In this document: one piece after another, positions 7,533 to 15,031 of the stretch
Numbering within the stretch: position 1 is the stretch's first letter
Layout: each line of letters opens with the position of its first letter
Assembly (NCBI GenBank): GCA_045862955.1
Contig: BTVI01000054.1
Span: forward strand, 1 to 17,299
Origin: Fimbriimonadales bacterium
Lineage (GTDB): Bacteria; Armatimonadota; Fimbriimonadia; Fimbriimonadales; JABRVX01
Reading direction: 5' to 3'
DNA length: 17,299 nt
Position numbers and translations under genes: made by a program
Notes under the pieces: generated by a model
What the model saw: the letters and a program-made list of their open reading frames with translations, nothing else
What the model was told of the DNA's origin: nothing
Database searches by the model: none

Positions 7533-8870
7533 CTAGTCGAACAGGGCGCCGCGCTCTAGGTTCAGCCAGATGCGCAACGACATGGCCAAGAGGCCGACAC
7601 CGATTCCGAACTCGACGGCACGCAGTGCCGGAGTGTTGATGACAGTCAGCAACCACTGGGCGACGTTCTCCAAGCGCAAGGAACCTACCAAGGTCTCTGC
7701 AGGGATCCAACTGGTTAGGAACTGGCCGAGTGGCAGCAAGCCGAGAAAAACGATCAGTGCACAAAGCATCAGGATGGAAGCCTCTATCGAGCGCAGTCGG
7801 AACGCGCGATACGCAGCCGACATGATGAAGAACGCAATCATGGAGAACATGGCAGCTTCCATCTGAGCGAACATGTTATCGAACAGTAGCTTGTGTGCAT
7901 CTTGGAAGAACTGTGGCGCCGTGTATGGGTTGTCGGGGCTTCGGTACTCCAGCACCACGACTGCCATGATCGGAATGCACAGCAGCAAGATGAGGCTGAA
8001 CGGCCAGTCCTCGCCGCGTTTTCGTATCCTGCTACCATGGACCCGCAGGAGCGAGTACACCCCCAGTCCAAGCAGCAAACCCGCCATCACGTTCGTCATC
8101 GGAGTAATGGTATCAGTGATGCGCGGCGTCAGGAAGTTCTGGCCCTCGGGATATCCGAACGTGCCGGTCGGGAAGAAGAACTCCGTAGCCCAGAACAGTC
8201 CTGCAAGGAACACACACGTCGCGATGATCCAACGGCGGAGGCGAGTTCCGACACGGGCTAACCCCAGGATGAGGATCAGGGAAACGATGAGAATGCCGAT
8301 AACGGCCGCCCACCAGTACCCACCATGGAGAATGAAGCCGTTCACGAAGGTGACATGCACGCGATATGCCTGGCTCGCTTGCCATGACTCCACGATCGCA
8401 TCGATCGCTTCGGCTGGCGTGAGGCCGGCAACACGCACCGGCCCCACCTGCGGGACCTCCAGTACTCCGTCGAGTCTGATCAGTCTCGTGTACTGCTGAT
8501 CACCTATGAAAACCTGTACGTCTCCGTTAGAAACGATCCGCCCTTCGTTGTCCAGTCGTAGGCCTTCTAGTCGGAACTCCGGTTGCTCGGCGTACTTCCG
8601 TTGTTTACCGAGCTCGGCGAGCATCTCGGCCGCTTCGGACGGCTTCTTGTCGGCAAGCCGCTGCCTTCCGAATGGTGGAACATCAACGGTACCGTCCTGG
8701 GCCACGGTGTACTGTGCAACCTTGCCCTCGACGTTGATGTACAGCTTATCGCCTACACGGATCGTCGGCTCCTCCTCGGGGCCCTGAGCGTAGGCAGCCG
8801 AAAAGAGGCCTAGGATCGACAGACCGAGTGCGGCAGCGAGAAAGCGGGGGAAAACCACTTTGCACCTCAT
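7533..8870 (-). CDS. Signal peptide + two Wza-type polysaccharide-export N-terminal domains fused to a polytopic membrane domain
   Basis: IRVGDKLYINV..VAQDGTVDVPPFGRQRLADKKPSEAAEML and IRLDGVLEVPQVGPVRVAGLTPAEAIDAI resemble the Poly_export pattern; C-terminal half has ~7 TM with SAAYRAFR; the ATG directly abuts the upstream TAG. Confidence 0.82.
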   Translation of the reverse strand: MRCKVVFPRFLAAALGLSILGLFSAAYAQGPEEEPTIRVGDKLYINVEGKVAQYTVAQDGTVDVPPFGRQRLADKKPSEAAEMLAELGKQRKYAEQPEFRLEGLRLDNEGRIVSNGDVQVFIGDQQYTRLIRLDGVLEVPQVGPVRVAGLTPAEAIDAIVESWQASQAYRVHVTFVNGFILHGGYWWAAVIGILIVSLILILGLARVGTRLRRWIIATCVFLAGLFWATEFFFPTGTFGYPEGQNFLTPRITDTITPMTNVMAGLLLGLGVYSLLRVHGSRIRKRGEDWPFSLILLLCIPIMAVVVLEYRSPDNPYTAPQFFQDAHKLLFDNMFAQMEAAMFSMIAFFIMSAAYRAFRLRSIEASILMLCALIVFLGLLPLGQFLTSWIPAETLVGSLRLENVAQWLLTVINTPALRAVEFGIGVGLLAMSLRIWLNLERGALFD

Positions 8871-9722
8871 CTAGGAACCACCCGGTAGTGGAACATTGGG
8901 TGGCTGGGGCTTCGAGAAGAGCGCGTCCCAGCCTCCCGGGCCATACAGCCCTTTGAACTTCATTAGCTCTTCGTTTCCGCCGGCGACGGCGATGGAGACG
9001 AATACGACGCCGAGCAGAATGCTTAGCAGGATGAGCCCCTTGCACAGGTCCTGTCCCACGATGCTTCCCATCAGCACCGGCTCTCGCGAGAGAAACGCAC
9101 TGCCTGCGTAGAACTCGTCGCCAATAATCACATAGTCGCAAGCGGCAACGAAGAATGGTGTCTGCGTCGTTTGGGTAGAGCCTGCCACCTGAATCGCGCC
9201 GACGATGTTGCCCGATTCGGCCAGGATCAGAGACTCGGCAAAGAACTCTCCCAACAAGAAGGCCGCGGCGACTCGCTCGCGCTGGATGAGGCCCGCCACA
9301 CCGGCTGCGAACGCGAACTGCTGAGCAGCGATAAATCGAACCGAATCGGGATCGTATGCTTCCGACCGGTCCTCTTCGCGATACGCATCCTGCACGATCT
9401 CTTGCGCTACGGCGTACACGGCCGCATCGATGCAGGTTAGTCGAATCGGGTTCCCGTAGCGCGCCGCCGTCTTCGTGATGTAGGCGAAGATCTGGAGTGC
9501 CTGAACCGAGATGATGTTCAGGCCACCGATGCCCGGAACCATGAGAATGGGTCGTCCCATCTCCAGGGCGCGCCCCACGGCTTCATCAATGGCCGTCAGG
9601 CCCGCAATCCGACGGATGTAAAGCTGCTTGCCTCGCTTGGCCATCATGATGGCCGAAAGAATAAAGATGGCGAACAGCCCGTACAGGATGACGATGAACC
9701 AGTTCTGATCAGCGTGTTGCAT
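8871..9722 (-). CDS. DUF6754-like membrane protein
   Basis: N-terminal TM then YIRRIAGLTAIDEAVGRALEMGRPIL, QQFAFAAG, GEFFAESLILAE, PFFVAACDYVIIGDEFYAGSAFLSREP and a C-terminal TM; family recalled from these motifs, not searched. Confidence 0.8.
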   Translation of the reverse strand: MQHADQNWFIVILYGLFAIFILSAIMMAKRGKQLYIRRIAGLTAIDEAVGRALEMGRPILMVPGIGGLNIISVQALQIFAYITKTAARYGNPIRLTCIDAAVYAVAQEIVQDAYREEDRSEAYDPDSVRFIAAQQFAFAAGVAGLIQRERVAAAFLLGEFFAESLILAESGNIVGAIQVAGSTQTTQTPFFVAACDYVIIGDEFYAGSAFLSREPVLMGSIVGQDLCKGLILLSILLGVVFVSIAVAGGNEELMKFKGLYGPGGWDALFSKPQPPNVPLPGGS

Positions 9723-10029
9723 TCGCTGTGTCCCTTTCTGGGTCCCTCTTCGCAGCGGCGCCCTCTTCGAGCCTCCGGATCAGGCGCTCGATGTTGCCTC
9801 GGTCTTCGAAGAACTGCGTGTAGTTATCGAAGGCGACCATGCCGCTAAAGGGGATGACGAACGGGGAGACGACGATCGCGGCGTTCGCGGCCACTCGGGC
9901 GATGGGCTTGTGCATCTCCAACCAAAGGATGGCCGGGACAGTAAGCCCCCAGCGCTCCACCTTAGAGGCGAGCAGTTCTGTTATTCTGTCCTTGTCTTCT
10001 TCGGAGAGCGGCTCATCCCAAAGTCGCAT
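9709..10029 (-). CDS. Small hypothetical protein, probably membrane-associated
   Basis: 106 aa with WGLTVPAILWLEMHKP and EDRGNIERLIRRLE; overlaps both neighbours (14 and 17 nt), implying translational coupling. Confidence 0.8.
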   Translation of the reverse strand: MRLWDEPLSEEDKDRITELLASKVERWGLTVPAILWLEMHKPIARVAANAAIVVSPFVIPFSGMVAFDNYTQFFEDRGNIERLIRRLEEGAAAKRDPERDTANATR

Positions 10030-10444
10030 CGTTCCGATACCAATACCCCACAGCCTGCTCCACTTCCTGCTTCCGTTCGCCGAATCGAAGATAAACGCCG
10101 CGGAAGGCCTCGAGTCGACTCGGCTTCTCGAGAGGCGACAGCTTCACTCCATGCGCATCGCTCTTGACCCGCTTCACGTCCTTCCAAGCAATGTGGGTCA
10201 CGTTGATGCCCCACCGGGCGCTTGCACCCTCCTCCGTGATGCGGTACCGAACCGGCAGAAGGAACTCCGACGTCGCACCGAGCACCACCGCAGGCCCGAT
10301 GATCGCCAGCGCAACCGAACCGGCCACGAAGAACCCCACTAGCCCGGCGAACAACGCCGCGACCAGCACGGCAGCTACCTTCTCCGGCTGCTGTGAGGCA
10401 AGCGAAACCGTCCACTCCATCACCGGCGGCGGCTCCTCTGGCAT
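10013..10444 (-). CDS. Two-TM protein with a C-terminal PH-like soluble domain, function unknown
   Basis: Two hydrophobic helices then LPVRYRITEEG..IAWKDVKRV..GVKLSP..SRLEAFRGVYL; start uncertain (10486 in the ORF track, 10444 has GGAGAG upstream). Confidence 0.78.
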   Translation of the reverse strand: MPEEPPPVMEWTVSLASQQPEKVAAVLVAALFAGLVGFFVAGSVALAIIGPAVVLGATSEFLLPVRYRITEEGASARWGINVTHIAWKDVKRVKSDAHGVKLSPLEKPSRLEAFRGVYLRFGERKQEVEQAVGYWYRNDATLG

Positions 10445-10525
10445 TCGGCTCTCCGACTGACCTACAATCTCGCTAGACGTCTGCATGGTGGGGGATGTCA
10501 GACTCTCTTAGGAGGATTCGTTCCG

Positions 10526-11785
10526 ATGCTGATTCCACTTCTCGTTGCGGCATTCCTTGTCTCGGCCAACAGCGGCTCCTCGGTGACCGTCGAGATGAAC
10601 CCCATGCTCGAGGGAGTGCAGAAGGAACGGAGACAAGGCAAGCCCCAGGGGATCCTCCTCGGCGACCCTCCGAGCTTCCTTCGCAGACCCATCGCGGGAA
10701 CCGTCAAGTACGGAATCCTGCACTTCGACGGCGACGAGTTCCTGCTCGCGGTCTCGATGGAACGCCCCGAGGACTGGACGATCTACCTGGACCTGGACAA
10801 GAACGGAGAGTTCTCGGAAGGAGAAAAGCTGGCCACCACGCGTGCGCAGTCTAAAGCGGTGGGTACGGACGGAAAACCGTTCGACCTGTTCACGGTCGTT
10901 GCGCAAACGACGATCCACCGCACCCAAGACGACCGGAGGATGGCCTATCCCTTGACCCTCGCCATCGCTCAGCCCGCGCCGACCTCCCCGGCCCCGAAGG
11001 ACACCCTCATCGTTGTTCGCGACTATGCTCGCTCCGGCAAGGCCAAGATAGGCCAACGCGAGTACCAGCTCGTGCTCGACGACCCGGGAGTAAACGGCCA
11101 CTTCACGCTCGGTGGCAACACCGCCGCGGGTCTGGAACTGCTGATTGACTTAGACGGAGACGGGCACTTCAACCCGTTTTTCGAAAAGCTGCCTCTGGAC
11201 GGGGCCTTCCGGCTGGACGGGTCGGCCTATCGCGTCACGAGCGTCAACCGCTCGGGGACACGCATGGTGATCGAGAGCGGCCATGCGGCCGCGGCAACCG
11301 AAGACAGCCCCAGCTTCTGGGGGACTGCCAAAGGCGACAAGATCGCGCCGTTCGAAGCGCCGCTGCTCGACGGCAAGACGCTCAAGTTTCCGGACGACGT
11401 GAAGGGCAAGAAAGTGCTCTTCATCACCTGGTCCACCCTGCGCCAAGACTGCCCTTCCATCATGCGGCAACTTTCGGCTATGCAGGATCGCCTGGCCGAC
11501 AAAGGCTTGCGGGTCATCGGCATCAATCTGGACGAGAAGGAGCGGAGGGACGCGGCGAAGCGAATGCTCCCGGTGACCCTACCTAATGCTCCCCACATCT
11601 TCGAGGGCTCCGGCCTGTCTGGGCCCATCGCAAAACGCCTGGGTGTGACACATGCACCCGCGACACTCCTGGTAGACGGAGATACCGGCACGGTGCTCGT
11701 CCCCTTCCACGAGGCAGAATGGGCGAAGGCAAACGAATGGCTGTCGAAGGCGCTCGGCCTCGAGACGAAGGGTCAGGGGAAGTAG
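10526..11785 (+). CDS. Secreted protein with DxDxDG-type motifs and a C-terminal TlpA/redoxin-like thioredoxin fold
   Basis: AGGAGG SD at 10510; hydrophobic signal peptide; DLDKNGEF and DLDGDGHF; C-terminal GDKIAPFEAPLLDGK..KGKKVLFITWSTLRQDC..GLRVIGINLD..GVTHAPATLLVDG. Confidence 0.85.
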   Translation: MLIPLLVAAFLVSANSGSSVTVEMNPMLEGVQKERRQGKPQGILLGDPPSFLRRPIAGTVKYGILHFDGDEFLLAVSMERPEDWTIYLDLDKNGEFSEGEKLATTRAQSKAVGTDGKPFDLFTVVAQTTIHRTQDDRRMAYPLTLAIAQPAPTSPAPKDTLIVVRDYARSGKAKIGQREYQLVLDDPGVNGHFTLGGNTAAGLELLIDLDGDGHFNPFFEKLPLDGAFRLDGSAYRVTSVNRSGTRMVIESGHAAAATEDSPSFWGTAKGDKIAPFEAPLLDGKTLKFPDDVKGKKVLFITWSTLRQDCPSIMRQLSAMQDRLADKGLRVIGINLDEKERRDAAKRMLPVTLPNAPHIFEGSGLSGPIAKRLGVTHAPATLLVDGDTGTVLVPFHEAEWAKANEWLSKALGLETKGQGK

Positions 11786-11889
11786 GCTAGCTCCGAGCGG
11801 AGGCCACCACCAGCGGCGCTCTCCATCCTCCAGCCCGGTCTCCGGGTTCAAAGTTACTCCGCGACTGCGAGACAACAGACGACCATCCC

Positions 11890-12618
11890 ATGCCCCGCCC
11901 CGCGTCCACCGCGTCCATGCCTAGACGTTTCGGCTGCCGTCTGCCACCACGCTCTCGCCCAGCGACCGCCCGAGCAGCCGAACGTCGAGGCACCCGGCGC
12001 CAACGGCTCCATGCCTAGACGCTCAGCATGACGCGGCAGAGGGCATGTTGTATTCCCTCACCACTTGCAAAGGATGGGTGACTAGCGACGTCATGCTGAG
12101 CCTGTCGAAGCATGGGACCGCCGACCGCACGCCCCCGCCTAGACGTTTCGGCTGCCGTCTGCCACCACGCTCTCGCCCAGGGACCCCCCGAGCAGCCGAA
12201 CGTCGAGGCACCAGAGGTCCGTGCATGGTGATAGCACCCTCACCCCAGCCCTCTCCCTCTAAAGAGGGAGAGGGAGGGAGACACTACCCCGCGTTGCCCC
12301 GGCCCGCGTGCGCCGCTTGGCAGCAGCGAGTGCATGCCTCGACAAGCTCAGCATGACGTGACAAAGGGCATGCTCACATCCCTCACTTCACGTCGAAGCA
12401 TGGGACCGCCGGCCGCACGTCCCCGCCTAGACGTTTCCATGCCTAGACGTTTCGGCTGCCGTCTGCCACCACGCTCTCGCCCAGCGAGCCCCCGAGCACC
12501 CGAACGTCGAGGCACCGAAAGCCAGGGGCTGGTGATGCCCCCCTCACCCCAGCCCTCTCCCCCGCGAACGGGGGAGAGGGAGGGAGACACTACCCCGCGT
12601 TGCCCTGGCCCGCGTTCG
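11890..12618. repeat. Composite repeat tract: three ~75-nt hairpin modules, two CCCTCACCCC hairpins, two full and two partial 25-bp REPs
   Basis: Hairpin modules at 11918-11992, 12137-12210 and 12440-12514; CCCTCACCCC modules at 12237 and 12541; REPs at 12090-12114 (inverted) and 12333-12357, with fragments at 12022-12032 and 12392-12402. Confidence 0.92.
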
Positions 12619-12644
12619 AGAGCGTAACTTGAGGAGCAGCGCGG

Positions 12645-13529
12645 CTAAACGGTTGCCTTCTCGGGTGCTCCCAAATACTCGCCGGACAGGATCTTCTGGT
12701 ACTCCCCGCCCTCGAACCACTGCTCCAGCTGCTGCGCGCGGAAGATCGGCTGCGGATGCGTGTAGGTCGCGGTGCGCAGCAGGAAGACGATCACCTTCGC
12801 CAGCTTCTCCAGCGCACCAGCCTCTTGATACATCCTCGCCTGGGTCATGAACTCGTCCATGTTCATCTCGTCCGCAAAGCGGCTCTTCCCACCCGCCAAG
12901 ACCATGATAGTCTCCACCGCACCCTGCTTGTCTTGCAGAGTGAGCAGTCCACCGCGATCGCACGTCAGTTCCGCCTGTCGCATCCACTCATAGAAGGCCA
13001 GCACCAGACCGATGGACACCGCATCGCCGAGCCGCAGCGTCATGCGACCCAGCGCATCGAGTAGGGGCAGAATCCACCGCGCGACGGTCATGTACAGAAC
13101 GTGTCCGGCCTTGATGTGCGCCAGCTCGTGGCCCATCAGGTACAGGATCTGCTCGTCCGTGAGCGCGTCCAGCAGCGTGCTGTGAACGGTGATGAACGGC
13201 CGCTCCACGCCGAACGTATACGCGTTCGGCCACGGGTTGAACTTGATGTACAGCTCGGGCTCGGGAACGTCCAGAATGGCGCACGCCTCGCGCATGATGG
13301 CGTAGGGGGTCTTGAACTGGTTGGGTCCGCAGCGGACAGACTCCGCCATGTTCAGCGAGTAGGCCCAGCGGTCTATCCCCAGGTCGTAGAACTTGCGGAC
13401 TACTTGGGGAAGGATGGGCACCTTTCGGAGTGCGTCCAGTGCGAGTTTGTCCGTCTCAGCGGTGAAAGCGTCGGGGTGCATCCCCGGGAATCTCTTACGT
13501 TCGGTCTCGAAAAGCTTGGTCTCGGCCAT
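12645..13529 (-). CDS. M48 family (HtpX/Ste24-like) zinc metallopeptidase
   Basis: PELYIKFNPWPNAYTFG, GHELAHIK (HExxH), RQAELTCDR, THP. ATG at 13529 with AGGGGG upstream is preferred to 13550. Confidence 0.92.
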   Translation of the reverse strand: MAETKLFETERKRFPGMHPDAFTAETDKLALDALRKVPILPQVVRKFYDLGIDRWAYSLNMAESVRCGPNQFKTPYAIMREACAILDVPEPELYIKFNPWPNAYTFGVERPFITVHSTLLDALTDEQILYLMGHELAHIKAGHVLYMTVARWILPLLDALGRMTLRLGDAVSIGLVLAFYEWMRQAELTCDRGGLLTLQDKQGAVETIMVLAGGKSRFADEMNMDEFMTQARMYQEAGALEKLAKVIVFLLRTATYTHPQPIFRAQQLEQWFEGGEYQKILSGEYLGAPEKATV

Positions 13530-13597
13530 AGCGTCCCCCTGTTGCGGCACGTTCCGATGTTCCTACCGCCGCCGGCCGGATTCGGTTGCACCCGCGC

Positions 13598-14569
13598 TCA
13601 GAACGGCGGCGAGAGAACCCCTCGCTCGGTAATGAACCCGGTAATCATGCCGGCAGGCGTCACGTCGAAAGCCGGGTTGTACACCTCGGCTCCCTCGGGC
13701 GCCATCTGCTGTCCGCCCAGCGCGGTGATCTCCTCGGGCCCCCTTTCCTCTATCGGAATCCCGTTCCCGTCGGGCACAGCGGGGTCGAAGGTGCTCAGCG
13801 GCGCGGCCACGTAGAACGGCACCGAGTGCGCCCGGCACAGCACGGCTAGCGAGTAGGTACCCACCTTGTTCGCGGTGTCGCCGTTCTTCGCAATCCGGTC
13901 CGCGCCGACAATGGCGACGTCCACGAGCCTCTGGCGCATCAGCAGGCCCGCCATCCCGTCGGTGACGATCCGGAATGGAATACCGAGGCGCTGTAGCTCC
14001 CACGCAGTCAGCCGCATCCCCTGCAGCCTCGGCCTCGTCTCCAGCACCCACACGAAGGGCCTCTTGCCCTCTGCGAAAGCCGCACGCACCACACCCAGCG
14101 CCGTGCCGTAGCCGCCGGTTGCCAGCGCCCCGGTGTTACAGATAGTTATCACCCGCGCGCGATTGGGAAGCAATTCTGCCCCGCAGCGCGAGAGCGCCCG
14201 GTCCGCATCTACCACTTCCGCGTGGATGGCTCGGGCTGTCTGGAGCAGTTCCATTCCGGCGGAGGCGGCCGCACGCATCCGTTCTACCGCCCAGGGCAGG
14301 TTCACAGCCGTAGGTCGCGCCGTAGCGATGGCCACACAAGCGCGCTCCCACTCGTCTGACCGGGGCACATACTCGCGAGCGGCCAGCAGGACCGCGTACG
14401 CTCCCGCCACGCCGATTGCCGGCGCCCCACGCACCACCATCTCCCGTATTGCCTGAACAGCCTGCCGCCAGTCGGCGCACACCACGTACTCCTCGCGCTG
14501 TGGCAGCAAGCGCTGGTCGAGCAAGACCAAGGCATCGCCTCGCCACTCGATGGGTCGGATTTCGCTCAC
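13598..14569 (-). CDS. mtnA: S-methyl-5-thioribose-1-phosphate isomerase
   Basis: LLDQRLLP, MVVRGAPAIG, RPTAVNL, TICNTGALATGGYGTALG, ETRPRLQG, GADRIAKNGDTANKVGTY, NPAFDVTP. Confidence 0.96.
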   Translation of the reverse strand: MSEIRPIEWRGDALVLLDQRLLPQREEYVVCADWRQAVQAIREMVVRGAPAIGVAGAYAVLLAAREYVPRSDEWERACVAIATARPTAVNLPWAVERMRAAASAGMELLQTARAIHAEVVDADRALSRCGAELLPNRARVITICNTGALATGGYGTALGVVRAAFAEGKRPFVWVLETRPRLQGMRLTAWELQRLGIPFRIVTDGMAGLLMRQRLVDVAIVGADRIAKNGDTANKVGTYSLAVLCRAHSVPFYVAAPLSTFDPAVPDGNGIPIEERGPEEITALGGQQMAPEGAEVYNPAFDVTPAGMITGFITERGVLSPPF

Positions 14570-14572
14570 GAC

Positions 14573-15031
14573 CTACAAGTTCGAGAGCGCTTCCTTTACC
14601 TCTTGCACGTGGCCGGGCACCTTGACCTTACGGAACTCGGCCCTTACTACGCCTTTGCCATCCAGCACGAAGGTGGAGCGCTCGATGCCCATGTACTTCT
14701 TGCCGTACATGCTCTTTTCCACCCAGACGCCGTAGCTCTCAGCGGCCTTGTGGTCCGGGTCCGAAGCCAGAGTGAAGTTGAGGCCGTGCTTCTTCGCGAA
14801 CTTCTCGTGCGAAGCTAGGCTGTCCGGGCTGACTCCCACGACTTTCACGCCGAGCTTCTCGAAGTCCGGCATCGCATCGCGGAAGTCGCACGCCTCCTGC
14901 GTGCATCCCGACGTGTCATCCTTGGGATAGAAGTACAGAACCAACGGCGCGCCCGCGAAGTCCTTCAGTGTCACCGTACCCTGCTGGGTTTCGAGCGCGA
15001 AGTCGGGTGCTTTGCTGCCTTGTCGAACCAA
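14573..15031 (-). CDS. bcp: Peroxiredoxin, BCP/PrxQ subfamily
   Basis: YFYPKDDTSGCTQEACDFRD (peroxidatic and resolving Cys in CxxxxC), GVSPDS, YGVWVEKSMYGKKYMGIERSTF; TTG start with GAGGAGG SD. Confidence 0.95.
   Translation of the reverse strand: MVRQGSKAPDFALETQQGTVTLKDFAGAPLVLYFYPKDDTSGCTQEACDFRDAMPDFEKLGVKVVGVSPDSLASHEKFAKKHGLNFTLASDPDHKAAESYGVWVEKSMYGKKYMGIERSTFVLDGKGVVRAEFRKVKVPGHVQEVKEALSNL

Noticed and set aside
11918..11992. Hammerhead ribozyme or group II intron remnant reading of the 75-nt hairpin (CGAAAC on the - strand)
   Set aside because: No CUGANGA core and no domain V consensus
13564..13590. ECF-sigma-like TGCAAC-N16-CGGTA upstream of the M48 peptidase
   Set aside because: The -10 match is imperfect and there is only one instance; too weak to call
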